A stretch of 64,000 bases of DNA, taken from NCBI GenBank assembly GCA_965198005.1, contig CBDAOI010000003.1, forward strand, positions 64,001 through 128,000, written 5' to 3'. Made by a program: the position numbers and the translations under genes. Of the stretch, positions 30,387-40,958 are shown piece by piece. The DNA comes from Spirochaetia bacterium (lineage in GTDB: Bacteria; Spirochaetota; Spirochaetia; SZUA-6; Bin103). The notes beneath the pieces were generated by a model that searched no databases, had not been told where the DNA came from, and saw only the letters and a list, made by a program, of their open reading frames with translations. Every line of letters begins with the position of its first letter. Position 1 is the first letter of the stretch.

Positions 30387-30935
30387 TCACCTTTTCTTGC
30401 TCCCTCTTAACGAGTCTTCCAGAGATATGAACTTCGTCTCGTACTTCCGCACTATCTGTTTCGATGGATAATTATGCAGTACGATGAACAACGCATATAT
30501 CAGATGATACAACTCCGCACGTCCGAAGAGCATCGGACGATAGGCCTGTCTGTCCGATCTCCAAAAGTAACGAGCATCAGTAATCGGCCGCTTTCCGAGG
30601 TGTCTGAGAAACGACTCCACCGACTGCTTGTAGTCCCACGTCTCTTTCACGTGGCCGTGAAGAAGTTCTTCGTACTTGGTCTCTACCCGTTGTCGATCCT
30701 GCTCGGGAAGTCTCAAGAACAGGTCCAAAAGATTGGGACTACTCTCACAATACTGGATTCTGCGCTTATCCAACGCATATTGAAGGAGTACTTCAACAGC
30801 ATGTAGACCTATGATCTGGCAACCGATATAGAACCCAACTCTCCTTGGGTCGTCCTCTGGATAGGGAAACTTGGCATTATAGTAATCAACCAAGCCCTCT
30901 ACCCAAGTCCTTATGTCGGGTTTCTTGTCCAGCAT
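30387..30935 (-). CDS. HEPN-like domain protein
   Basis: LHAVEVLLQYAL...NLLDLF..L...ARY pattern. Confidence 0.55.
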   Translation of the reverse strand: MLDKKPDIRTWVEGLVDYYNAKFPYPEDDPRRVGFYIGCQIIGLHAVEVLLQYALDKRRIQYCESSPNLLDLFLRLPEQDRQRVETKYEELLHGHVKETWDYKQSVESFLRHLGKRPITDARYFWRSDRQAYRPMLFGRAELYHLIYALFIVLHNYPSKQIVRKYETKFISLEDSLRGSKKR

Positions 30936-31447
30936 GTCTTCCTGCTGCTCGTGGCGAGCGGCGCCATGATAGCCTGGAGCTAAGGAAGATACCACTGTGT
31001 CGGAAACGTTACAAGGTCAATCGAGTCAAGCGAGAGCGTTCGATGGAAGACCGAGCCGTACTACTCTCGACGACGAGAATCCGCCCACGCAGGGTATAGT
31101 CCTGGTGCGCGATGGCGTTGTGCAAGGCCTCGCGGATGACCCATGGGTCGTCCGTCACGTGCGCTCGACCGGCGCGCTACGCGGCTTACCTCCTGGGGAG
31201 GGGGCGGAGCCACCGTGCTGGAGGGTGCCGCGGTCCGGGCGCCGGAGTGGTCTGGGGTGGCGAGCTGTACGGCTGGGGGAGCTGCGGCAGCAGGCGCGGG
31301 TGGCGGTCCGCGGATGACCCTCTGCTGCGCTTGGCACGGTCGCGGCGATTGCGCCATGGCGGTCTGGCTGCCGTGGCTGTCCGTGGCTGCCGCTGGTGGC
31401 TTAGCCCATGCGGGTGGTGTCTGGTATACTCGGGCGGCCCGCCTCCC

Positions 31448-32680
31448 ATGAAACAAGATCTGTCGACCGCCGAGATCCTGGAGCTGCTGCACCACTGGCG
31501 CAGCGAACGTTACGTGGTCAACACCGCCAACACGGTGGAGGTGATCCTGTTCGGCAACTGCTTCACCGGGGTGGATATCGAGGGGCTGGACGCGGTCGAC
31601 GAGCTGTCGCGCAGCGGCCGCAAGCTGGTGTTCATCCCCAATCACCAGAGCGAGTACGACTGGATGCTGCTGCAGACCTATCTCGCGCAGCGCTACATCC
31701 GCACCGCCATCCAGGCCGGCGAGAACCTCTACGTCGGCCCGGTCGACACCTTCCTGCGCAAGTGCGGGGCGTTCATGATGATTCGCGACCGGCACGCGTT
31801 CTACGGCCGGCGCTGGGTGCGTGACGGGGTGCTGAAGCTGCTCGGCACCCGGCCGTTCGTGATCACCAAGGAACAGTACAACAAGCTGTACCCGGATCAG
31901 ATCAAGCGGGTGCTGGGCGAGGGGCTGCACCTGATGATCTTTCCCGGCTACGAGACCGACCGCGCCACCGGCGAGATCAAGTACGGCCGTTCCTACTCGG
32001 GCGAGTTCGCGGAGCTGTCCGCGTACGTGTTCCTGGTGGTGCGCGCCGCCATCCGCCAGATGCAGGTGGAGAACGCCCTGTACGTCCCGGTCAACATCTC
32101 CTACGAGCGGATCCCCGAGGACATCGTGTTCCGCCAGTATCAGGCGCGCTCGCGCAAGAGCAAATTCGCCAAGTACGTCTACGACCACTACTACGCGTTC
32201 GTGAAGATGCCGTTCGCGCGCCGCATTCGCGACCAGCGGTCGCGCGTGCTGATCCGGTTCGGCGCGGGGATCCCGGTCGATCGGCCGCTGCGGGCGCGCG
32301 GCATGGCGGCGCTGGTGCGGGAAGAGATGGGCAAGCTGATGCGGGTCTACGAGAGCACGCTGGTGTTCGCCTCGCTGAGCGATCGGTATAAGATGGGCCG
32401 TGCCGAGCTGGAGGAGCGGGTGGCGGCCAACCTGGAGCGGATCGAGGCCTACGGGCTGGACACGTCGCCCCTGTACACTGCCGACCGCCAGCGCCTGTCA
32501 CTGGAGCAGATGCTCGAGCGCACGGCCGCGATCTACAACTTTCCCGACGTTCCGATCATCCCCTCCAAGTCGTACATGACCCTGGAGTACGACGACCGGG
32601 AGATCTTCGTGCACCATCCCCACCTCGCCTCCTACTACGGCAACAAGCTCAAGCACATCCTGCAGGACGGCGCCGCGTGA
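31448..32680 (+). CDS. Glycerol-3-phosphate/1-acyl-G3P acyltransferase family protein
   Basis: NHQSEYD (HX4D), GAFM.IR, IFP and VPVNISYE motifs. Confidence 0.85.
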   Translation: MKQDLSTAEILELLHHWRSERYVVNTANTVEVILFGNCFTGVDIEGLDAVDELSRSGRKLVFIPNHQSEYDWMLLQTYLAQRYIRTAIQAGENLYVGPVDTFLRKCGAFMMIRDRHAFYGRRWVRDGVLKLLGTRPFVITKEQYNKLYPDQIKRVLGEGLHLMIFPGYETDRATGEIKYGRSYSGEFAELSAYVFLVVRAAIRQMQVENALYVPVNISYERIPEDIVFRQYQARSRKSKFAKYVYDHYYAFVKMPFARRIRDQRSRVLIRFGAGIPVDRPLRARGMAALVREEMGKLMRVYESTLVFASLSDRYKMGRAELEERVAANLERIEAYGLDTSPLYTADRQRLSLEQMLERTAAIYNFPDVPIIPSKSYMTLEYDDREIFVHHPHLASYYGNKLKHILQDGAA

Positions 32681-34809
32681 CCTCCGACCGGCGCGCGATC
32701 GCCGACACGCTCCAGGGGCTCAGCACGCGCTCCGACCCGGGCGAGGAGTATTCGCCGCTGCCCGACGGGTACGCACCCGGCCGCACCCGCTTCATCATCG
32801 TCACCGGCAGCGTGATCAGCGGTCTGGGCAAGGGGGTGTTCTCGGCCGGTCTGGCGTCGCTGCTGGAGGGCCGCGGGTATCGCACCAACCTGATCAAGAT
32901 GGACGGCTACTTCAATGAAGATGCCGGTACTCTGAACCCGTACCGTCACGGGGAGGTATTCGTGCTCGCCGACGGCACCGAGTGCGACATGGACATCGGC
33001 ACCTACGAACGGTTCGTGGACAAGGATTTCTCCCAGCACAACATCTTCACCAACGGCCGGCTGGCGCGCCGCATCAGCGAGCTAGAGCGCGGCGGCCGCT
33101 TCTCCGGCTCGGACGTGCAGTTCTATCCGCACGTGACCGGCGAGGTGATCCGCTTCGTGCGCGAGTCGGCGCTGGCGTACCGGGCCGACATCACGCTGGT
33201 GGAGATCGGCGGCACGGTGGGTGACGACGAGGTGCGGCCCTACGTCTCGGCGGTGAGCGACCTCGCCTACCAGGAGGGCGAGGGCAACGTGTTCTTCGTC
33301 AATCTGGCGTGGATCATCGAGGCCTCCCATCTCAACGAGCAGAAGAGCAAGGCGGCGCAGCACGGCACCCAGTTGCTGATGCAGATGGGGATCAAGCCGC
33401 AGATGCTGGTGTGCCGTTGCGAGAATCCGCTGGAGGGCGCCGTGCGGCGCAAGCTCGCGCAGCGCCTGCGGCTGCCGCAGCGCAACGTGATCGACCTGCA
33501 CAATCACGACTCGATCTACGCGGTGCCGGGGCATCTGGCGGCGCAGCAGGTGGACGGCATCGTGCTGGACTACTTCCGCCTGCCGGCGCGGCCGCACCGT
33601 CCCGAGTTCCGGTTCGACGGCTACCTGGGCCGGCTGGCGCGGGCGCGCGCGCCGGTGGTGGTGGGGCTCGCCGGCAAGTACATGGGGCCGCGCGACACCT
33701 ATGCCAGCATCCACGCGGCGCTGGAGCACGCGGGTTGCGCGTGCGGGGCGAAGGTGGAGGTGGTGGACGTGCCCACCGACGCCATCGAGCAGGCCGGCGG
33801 CCGCGACCGGCGGGTGGCGAGTGCCGCGGACTGCCTGGCCGAGCTGGACGGCATCATCGTGCCGGGCGGCTTCGGGCGGCGCGGCTGGGAGGGCAAGATC
33901 GCCTGCATCACGCACGCCCGCACCACCGGGCTGCCGCTGCTCGGCATCTGCTACGGGTTCCAGGCGGCGATGGTGGAGTACGCGCGCGAGTGCTGCGACC
34001 TCGGCGGCGCCAACACCACCGAGAACGAGGCGGGCGCCGCGGCGCCGGTGGTGTGCCTGCTGCCCGAGCAGTACGAGATCGAGGGAGTCGGGGGGTCGAT
34101 GCGCCTCGGCCAACAGACCGTCACGCTGCTGGCGGGATCGCGGGTGGCCGCCCTCTACGGGGCTACCCGGGCGGGTGAGCGGTTCCGCCATCGGTACGAG
34201 TTCAATCCGCTGTACCGCAGTATCTTCGAGGACGGCGGCGTGGTGTTCTCGGGCTGGGCGGCCGGGCAGCCGATCATGCAGGTGGCCGAGCTGCCGGAGC
34301 ATCCGTTCTTCATCGGCGTGCAGTTCCATCCGGAGTTCACCAGCCGGCCGGCGCGGCCGAGTCCACTGTTCCACGGCTTCGTGGCCGCCTGCCTGGAGCA
34401 CCGGCGCGCGGGTGCGGGCGGCGCGGGTACGGGCCGTGCGGGCGCGCGCGGCGCGGCGGCGGTACGGACAGCGGGCGGTGCGGACGGCGGCGACGGTGCG
34501 GGCGCGGCTGCGGCACGGACGGCGGCCGGCGCAAGCGCGCGGGCGGGTGCCGGTGCCGGCCGTGCGGGTACGGACGGTGCAGGCGGCGGCGGTGCCGGCG
34601 CGGGCGCGGCGAGCGGCCGGCACCCGCCGGGTCGGGGGCGGGCGAGCGCCCACCAGGGAAGCGCCGAAGGAAGCGCCGGCGGGGGAAGCGCCCACCGGGG
34701 AAGTGACGGCGCCGGCGCGCTCGGGACGGTGAGCGCCGGCGACGGTGGCGGGGACGGCGGCGGCGCCACGCCGGGGAGCGCGGTGGCCACGGCCGCGGGG
34801 GAGCCGTAG
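32677..34809 (+). CDS. pyrG: CTP synthase with long Gly/Ala-rich C-terminal tail
   Basis: VTGSVISGLGKG, HGEVFVLADG.E.D.D.G, GICYG, VQFHPEF. Confidence 0.97.
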   Translation: MTSDRRAIADTLQGLSTRSDPGEEYSPLPDGYAPGRTRFIIVTGSVISGLGKGVFSAGLASLLEGRGYRTNLIKMDGYFNEDAGTLNPYRHGEVFVLADGTECDMDIGTYERFVDKDFSQHNIFTNGRLARRISELERGGRFSGSDVQFYPHVTGEVIRFVRESALAYRADITLVEIGGTVGDDEVRPYVSAVSDLAYQEGEGNVFFVNLAWIIEASHLNEQKSKAAQHGTQLLMQMGIKPQMLVCRCENPLEGAVRRKLAQRLRLPQRNVIDLHNHDSIYAVPGHLAAQQVDGIVLDYFRLPARPHRPEFRFDGYLGRLARARAPVVVGLAGKYMGPRDTYASIHAALEHAGCACGAKVEVVDVPTDAIEQAGGRDRRVASAADCLAELDGIIVPGGFGRRGWEGKIACITHARTTGLPLLGICYGFQAAMVEYARECCDLGGANTTENEAGAAAPVVCLLPEQYEIEGVGGSMRLGQQTVTLLAGSRVAALYGATRAGERFRHRYEFNPLYRSIFEDGGVVFSGWAAGQPIMQVAELPEHPFFIGVQFHPEFTSRPARPSPLFHGFVAACLEHRRAGAGGAGTGRAGARGAAAVRTAGGADGGDGAGAAAARTAAGASARAGAGAGRAGTDGAGGGGAGAGAASGRHPPGRGRASAHQGSAEGSAGGGSAHRGSDGAGALGTVSAGDGGGDGGGATPGSAVATAAGEP

Positions 34810-36089
34810 TGCCGGCAACCGCGGTGGTGGGCGCCAACTGGGGCGACGAGGGCAAGGGCAAGCTGTGCGACTACCTGGCGGAGTCCTCCGATATCGTGGT
34901 CCGCTTTCAGGGCGGCAGCAACGCCGGTCATACGGTCATCAACCAGTACGGCAAGTTCGCCCTGCACCTGGTGCCGTGCGGGGTGTTTCACACCCATACC
35001 ACCAATCTGCTCGGCGCGGGCGTGGGCGTGAATCCGGCCCTGCTGCTGGCGGAGCTGGCCGAGCTGCAGGCGCGCGGCGTACCCAACGCGCGGGTGCTGA
35101 TCTCCGACCGGGCGCAGGTGGTGCTGCCGTTTCACGTCGAGCTGGACCGCCTGGAGGAGGAACGCCGCGGTGCCGCCAGGTTCGGCTCGACCCAGTCGGG
35201 CATGGCGCCGTTCTACTCCGACAAGTACCTGAAGGTGGGCATTCAGGTGTGCGAGCTGTTCGACGGCGCGCGCCTGCGCGTGCGGCTGGAGCCGTCGCTG
35301 GAGCGCACCAACGTGCTGCGCGAGCACTTCTACGGGGCGGCGCCGTTGCCGCTGGAGCCTCTGGTCGAGGAGCTGGCGGGACTCGGCGCCCGGATCCGCC
35401 CGCTGGTGGTGGACGCCGGCGCCCTGCTGCGCGACGCGCTCGACGCCGGCAAGCACGTTCTGCTGGAAGGGCAGCTCGGCGCGTTGCGCGACCCCGACCA
35501 CGGCATCTACCCCTTCACCACCTCCTCCTCGCCGCTGGCGGGGTTCGCCACGGTCGGCGCCGGCGTCCCCGCGCATGCCATCGACCGGGTGGTGGCCACG
35601 GTCAAGGCCTACTCCTCCTGCGTCGGCGCCGGCCCCTTCACCACCGAGCTGACCGGCGCCTGCGGCGACGAGTTGCGCGCGCGCGGCGGCGATGCCGGCG
35701 AGTATGGCGCCACCACCGGCCGCCCGCGCCGGGTCGGCTGGTTCGACACCGTGGCCACCCGCTACGGCTGCGCCGTCCAGGGCGCCACCGAGCTGGCGGT
35801 GACCCTGCTGGACGTGCTCGGCTACCTGGACGCCATTCCGGTCTGCACCGCCTACGAGGTCGACGGCCGCCAGCTACGGGAGTTCCCGACCACGGCGGCG
35901 CTGGAGCGGGCGCGCCCGGTATACGAGACCCTGCCCGGCTGGAACTGCGACCTCAGCCACGCCCGCCGGTTCGCCGAGCTGCCGTCCCAGGCCCGCGCCT
36001 ACGTGCGCACCATCGAAGCCGCCGCCGCCGTCCCCGTACGCTGGATCTCGGTCGGCCCCCGCCGCGAGCAGTTGATCAGGGTCGAGTGA
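34809..36089 (+). CDS. purA: Adenylosuccinate synthetase
   Basis: GANWGDEGKGK, RFQGGSNAGHT, EYGATTGRPRRVGWFD. Confidence 0.98.
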   Translation: MPATAVVGANWGDEGKGKLCDYLAESSDIVVRFQGGSNAGHTVINQYGKFALHLVPCGVFHTHTTNLLGAGVGVNPALLLAELAELQARGVPNARVLISDRAQVVLPFHVELDRLEEERRGAARFGSTQSGMAPFYSDKYLKVGIQVCELFDGARLRVRLEPSLERTNVLREHFYGAAPLPLEPLVEELAGLGARIRPLVVDAGALLRDALDAGKHVLLEGQLGALRDPDHGIYPFTTSSSPLAGFATVGAGVPAHAIDRVVATVKAYSSCVGAGPFTTELTGACGDELRARGGDAGEYGATTGRPRRVGWFDTVATRYGCAVQGATELAVTLLDVLGYLDAIPVCTAYEVDGRQLREFPTTAALERARPVYETLPGWNCDLSHARRFAELPSQARAYVRTIEAAAAVPVRWISVGPRREQLIRVE

Positions 36090-36129
36090 GGGAGGGGTTT
36101 CGTACCGAACTTCCGAGCGAGCGCACTAC

Positions 36130-37584
36130 CTATGAGACGTGAAGCGGGAAACGAACCCGGTCACGTCCTGTCTCAGCCAGCTCAAACGGCATGCGTAGTT
36201 TCGCCCCTTCCGGCGGTTGCAGATAGTCATACATCGTCGAAAGACCGAGCACGGATTCCCCGTCCTTGTTCGCACGCCAAGTTCCTGCCAGCGGGTAGCA
36301 TCGAAAACACGGCACCATGGATTCTCGGTACCGCATCGTGGTCTCCTTTGCAATCAATATGTCAGCGGGCTCCTGTAACTGAAGGAGATATGGGGAATGA
36401 GTGGCCAGAATGAGCTGACGCATCACGTTTCCATTTCCAATTTGGCTCCCGGTGTCCACGGCCAAGTCCCTCAGAAGCCCCTCCATGGCCGGCAACCGCT
36501 CAGGATGGATGCCGTTCTCCGGTTCTTCGATACAGAGTACCCCCCCGGATTCGGGGTCTTCCGCCAGAATGGCTAGGGCAAGAAAGCGCAGTGTGCCGTC
36601 CGATACAGCACTCGCGGAAAAGTGCTGACCGCCCGTCTCCTCAATCGACAGGGTGAGCAGTTCACGAACGTCATCACGGACCACGTCGACACAGGTTACG
36701 GGAACGAGTTCAGCCAGCCTTGCCGATATGCGCGCGGCGACATCACCATTTTCCCCATCGAACCGCTTCAATCGATTGAGCGCTCCGGCAAGGTGGGCAC
36801 CGTTGTCGGACACGAAAGCGGGGTCTCGTGCGACACGATCCGGACGCCGCAGGGCGCTCGGCTCCAGGGCGAGTAGTCTCCATTTCTGCATTTCGCGGCG
36901 TGCAGCCAGGATCGTTGGTGTCGCTATCGTGCTTGTGGTGCTGACAATCGTTCTGGGCGCCGTGCGGGCTGGGGCTCTCTGCCCTGGTCCCCTCGACCCG
37001 CCGTCTTGATGAACGATAATCTCGGGCGTGTCGTCTTCAGTGATCTCGGTGGAAATATAGCCGGTCTTGGCGAACCGCCGGTTCTTCACGGCAGAGTCTC
37101 GGAATCTCGACTTGGAATGAGGAAAGCGCAGCTTCTTGACGGCATCTCCCTGTCGAATCAACTGAAGCGATTCCGAGTGCAGTTCCAGATCGGAGCCTAG
37201 GCCGTCCGCCCTGGAGTCTCCACCCCTGAGACCGAGTTCTATTTCGTAGCGTAAGAAAGTTGATGTAGCCTGACCCGGGCGTCCGAAGTCATCATTCACT
37301 CGCTGGTCCACCAACATTTCGGCTGCAAGCCGGAACGAATCCTTGTGCAGGTTGTTGCCGCGAAAGAACAGGTCGTCCGGGCGAGCCGTGTTGCCCGTTC
37401 TAGAGCGTACCTGCAGCGCAGCTTCGAGGATGGAGTGATCCGCCAGCAGGGAAAGAAAGTGAATTGCATCGAAAATGTTCGACTTGCCGATTCCGTTCGG
37501 GCCCGCGATACACGTGTACGGACCGAAATCGACCGTAAAGTCGATGAGGTTCTTGAATCCGTCCGCTTCCAGGCGAGTCAGCAT
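36130..37584 (-). CDS. AAA_21/ABC-type ATPase (lower-GC cargo)
   Basis: GPNGIGKSN, VSDGTLRFL, IEEPENGIHP, ATHSP. Confidence 0.9.
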   Translation of the reverse strand: MLTRLEADGFKNLIDFTVDFGPYTCIAGPNGIGKSNIFDAIHFLSLLADHSILEAALQVRSRTGNTARPDDLFFRGNNLHKDSFRLAAEMLVDQRVNDDFGRPGQATSTFLRYEIELGLRGGDSRADGLGSDLELHSESLQLIRQGDAVKKLRFPHSKSRFRDSAVKNRRFAKTGYISTEITEDDTPEIIVHQDGGSRGPGQRAPARTAPRTIVSTTSTIATPTILAARREMQKWRLLALEPSALRRPDRVARDPAFVSDNGAHLAGALNRLKRFDGENGDVAARISARLAELVPVTCVDVVRDDVRELLTLSIEETGGQHFSASAVSDGTLRFLALAILAEDPESGGVLCIEEPENGIHPERLPAMEGLLRDLAVDTGSQIGNGNVMRQLILATHSPYLLQLQEPADILIAKETTMRYRESMVPCFRCYPLAGTWRANKDGESVLGLSTMYDYLQPPEGAKLRMPFELAETGRDRVRFPLHVS

Positions 37585-37650
37585 GTAGGTGCGGTAGCCT
37601 CCGTAGTCGTTAGTGTAGCAGCAATACTATGCACTATCAGGAAACTTGTC

Positions 37651-37771
37651 TCAAAGCGGTGCGCGGGTGGCCCAGGCCCGCGCCTACGTGCCCATCGAAA
37701 CCGCCGCCGGCGTCCCGGTACGGTGGAGCTCGGTCGGCCCCCGCCGCGAGCAGTTGATCCGCATCGACTGA
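37651..37771. repeat. Chimeric junction: nudC 3' tip fused to purA 3' tip
   Basis: 37657-37678 is identical to 39040-39061; 37671-37771 is a diverged copy of 35986-36089; the two overlap in cccaggcc. Confidence 0.92.
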
Positions 37772-37780
37772 CGTGCGGCG

Positions 37781-38886
37781 CTACCGGACGCGCGCGATGC
37801 CATGGTTCCTGATCTGGTGCTCAATCACCAGGGACGAGACGCCGAACTCGGTTCCCAACTCGTCAATATCATCCCCATCCACCACCCGTCTGCTTACTCG
37901 GCTCCGCAACCCCGAGGAAGGTGCGAGGAACTCGGCGGCAAAGGCACGATTGCGCTGTTGTCGTTCGGAATGAGCTCTGGTGAGCAACGTATCAGTGTCC
38001 GGTGACAACAGCACTTCAGACAGCGCCCGACAGAAGTGAAAGCGGCGGCGCTCGTCGCTGAGTTGGCGAAATGCAAATGCTGGAGTCCCGTGATCGTCGC
38101 GAGTAATGATCCCGTCCACCATGGCGGGCATACGGTCCGAGTCCAGCCGAGAGGTAGTCACTCTCTCAATCGACTCGGCATCCTCGCCAAGGGCCTCCGC
38201 TATCTCTGGCGTAGTCGGCAATGCAGCTCCGTCCAATCCCAAAAGCTCTCGCAGTTTCCGTGCACAATCGCACCCAAGCTCCCAGGGATGTGTCTCTGTG
38301 CCGATGTAAGGACGAACAGCATCGCCAAGAGACCGGAGCCGGTCCAGCGCAAGGCTATTGTCTCGCTTGGCGTTCGCGATGGTATGCACGACGGAGAACC
38401 AATCCTCGTAGGGACCGTCCGCTACGATCGCCGGCACTGCCTCGTCGAGCAAAGAACCCAGCTTCTCCGCGAGTTCAAGGATCCGACAGCGCATGTCTTG
38501 GTTCAGGGCATACGGATCCCACCCCAGGCCGGCCGCGGTTCTGCAGAACTGTAAATCTTCTTCATCGGCGCTCATAATGGCTTCCCACTCGCTTTGAAGA
38601 TACGTGTCGCGGACCTCCAGCGCTGTCAGTCGGCGCATCACCTGATCGACGAGGCCGGCGCACGTCTCGCGGAACGCGTCGCTGTCTACCCAGGCTATTC
38701 CCTGGTCGAGGAATTCGACGTTGCTCCACTTGAGAAGTCACGAACTGTCTTCGCGCGCCCGTCCAACACGCGGGTAATGATGGAGTCTCCGGCCCGGATG
38801 CACAAAGAGGCCCAGGTGGCGGAGAATTCCGGACCGCTGATCCCTTCCGCATCAACCCAGTCGATCTCGAAACTGAACTCAGGCAT
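37781..38886 (-). pseudogene. ImmA/IrrE-like domain protein with internal frameshifting deletion near 38735
   Basis: MPEFSFEIDW...ATWASL...TVRDF, then a frame change into VEFLDQG...RRFHFCRAL...RAFAAEFLAP...FGVS. Confidence 0.75.
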
Positions 38887-39033
38887 AGAACTCCTCGATG
38901 CCGGCCGGCCACTCGTCTTCGTAGGCAATGACACGTCGGCGGGGCCGCTTGCGTCTGCTGGCACGCATACTCGTCTATGGGACCATACCATGCGACCGGT
39001 TGCAACGGGTAGAACGGGCAGAGTTGCTTATCG

Positions 39034-39963
39034 TCAGCACGGTGCGCGGGTGGCCCAGGCCTTGATCAGGTGGTGGGCGATGGCGATGGGGCCGGGGAGG
39101 GTGAGGCGCGGATTGTTGCCGTCGAGCGCCAGCAGCACCTCGCGGCGGTCGAACCAGCGGACGTCGGCCATCTCCTCGTGGTCCATGCGGATGGTGGTGG
39201 TGGCCGCGTCGGCCAGGCAGCCGATCATGAGCGAGGATGGGAACGGCCACGGCTGGGAGGAGTGGTAGCGCACGTTGCGCACGCGCACGCCGGCCTCTTC
39301 CATCACCTCGCGCGCGACCGCTTCCTCGATTGCCTCGCCCTGGTCCACGAAGCCGGCCAGGGCGGAGTAGATCTTGAGCCGCGACAGCCGGCCGCGGGTC
39401 TGCCCGAGCAGGCAGCGGTCGCGCGCGACGTCGGCCACCACCGTGATCACGACCGGATCGGTGCGCGGGAAGTGCTGCATGCCGCAGGCCGGGCAACGGC
39501 GCACCTGACCGCCGCGCTGCTTGACCGTGGGCTGCCCGCAGCCCGAGCAGAAACCGTACCGGTTGTGCCAGTCGAGGTGCGCTCGCGCCTGGGCCAGGAT
39601 GCCGGTTTCGGGGAGCGCCAGCAGGCTTCCGGCGGTGCGGCAGTCCGTAAACTGCCAGCCGCGCTCGTCGCGGATCCGGTCGAGCGCCGCCTGACAACCG
39701 GACAGATCGACCGCGAAGTGGGCCCGCCCGTCCATTACCCCCAGCAACAGCGGTTCCGCCGCCGGCGCCAGCGGCCGCACCCAGGCGGCGGCGAGCCAGC
39801 CGAGCGCCGCCTGCGCGCCGTCGGTCAGCAGCACCTCCAGGTCGCGGAACGGCAGCCACCGGCTGTCGGGCGCGCGGGCCGCGGCCTCCAGCCAGGCTTC
39901 GTCACGCCGCGCGCGGTCGCCGCGGTCGAGGGGATTGGCAGCAAAGGTGTGTGTAGGGCTCAC
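39034..39963 (-). CDS. nudC: NADH pyrophosphatase
   Basis: CxxC zinc ribbon, FPRTDP, Nudix box, SQPWPFPSSLMIG. Confidence 0.96.
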   Translation of the reverse strand: MSPTHTFAANPLDRGDRARRDEAWLEAAARAPDSRWLPFRDLEVLLTDGAQAALGWLAAAWVRPLAPAAEPLLLGVMDGRAHFAVDLSGCQAALDRIRDERGWQFTDCRTAGSLLALPETGILAQARAHLDWHNRYGFCSGCGQPTVKQRGGQVRRCPACGMQHFPRTDPVVITVVADVARDRCLLGQTRGRLSRLKIYSALAGFVDQGEAIEEAVAREVMEEAGVRVRNVRYHSSQPWPFPSSLMIGCLADAATTTIRMDHEEMADVRWFDRREVLLALDGNNPRLTLPGPIAIAHHLIKAWATRAPC

Positions 39964-40170
39964 CCGTCTCCCACCCAAGTGACGCACAAGCTTGAGTAGT
40001 GTAGCTTGCGCCCCGGTGCGCCCGTATCAACAAGGCATGAAGTAATCTGCGGCGATCTCCATCCCTTTCCGCCGTCTCCGGAAACGCTTCGGGGCCGAGT
40101 ATTACAAGGGCAAGCAGGGTTGTACATACTACGATCTGAAAACGGCTCTCTTAGTCCTTCGGCTTAATGG

Positions 40171-40644
40171 CTAAGGCATGACGGCGGCCCTGTCGACGGA
40201 GTCGCCCTCATTTGTTGGGGAGTCAACTGGAACACAAGCATCACCACGGATTGCGGCGGACCGTATTCGATATCCGACGGTCGCTTCTACGAGCCGAGCC
40301 TTCAGGTCTCTCGATGACGCTTCTTTCGGCACCGGTATGTCGATCACCCTTGCGAAACGGGTAAGGTCCGTCTTTGATTGCAGCATACCGTCGATCAATT
40401 CTACAGCGCGTTCTCTCGTATTAGCCTTTCCCAATGCGTAATTAAGTTGGCTCATTTCTTCATTAGAACAACGATTTGGTTTTTCGCGTCTCTTTGTCTG
40501 TTTATCGGCAGGACGAATCTCTATCTTCAAATCCCCATCCAAGATGCGCTCAACGTCGTCGTCGTTCATCGCTTGAATCTGCTTTGCGAAATGATGCAAC
40601 AGCGCTACAACTTGTTGCTTTACAGATGTCCGTTTGGTCGTCAT
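40171..40644 (-). CDS. Hypothetical protein (lower-GC cargo)
   Basis: GGAGG RBS; ATGA-coupled to an upstream gene remnant ending VVQEIEILADEFERRLA*. Confidence 0.7.
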   Translation of the reverse strand: MTTKRTSVKQQVVALLHHFAKQIQAMNDDDVERILDGDLKIEIRPADKQTKRREKPNRCSNEEMSQLNYALGKANTRERAVELIDGMLQSKTDLTRFARVIDIPVPKEASSRDLKARLVEATVGYRIRSAAIRGDACVPVDSPTNEGDSVDRAAVMP

Positions 40645-40958
40645 GCGAGCCTCCGCTCAAACTCGTCTGCGAGTATCTCAATTTCCTGCACCACGATGTT
40701 GTGTGTGAAGTTCGCCACCTGTCGTACGGGGACGCAGCAGCTTTGCAACGGACTGTGGTTGGAATGCCAGGGATACCGCTACTACAGGCATGTGGCCCCT
40801 CGTACTGATCTCGTAGGCAAGAGCGTATACTTGACCTCGGGGTACGGTCAAACGGGCTCACGGCTGGTTGTGGCCACCTGTCGATGTCGGAAGGGTCTTG
40901 CCCCTCCTGTCCCCGTCGGCCGCACTTCGTTCTGTCCCGCGAGGCGCAGATGGGAGAT

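Noticed and set aside
6244-31000. Integron cassette array
   Set aside because: No integrase and no recurring attC-like site seen; cargo orientation is mixed and the repeats are gene fragments.
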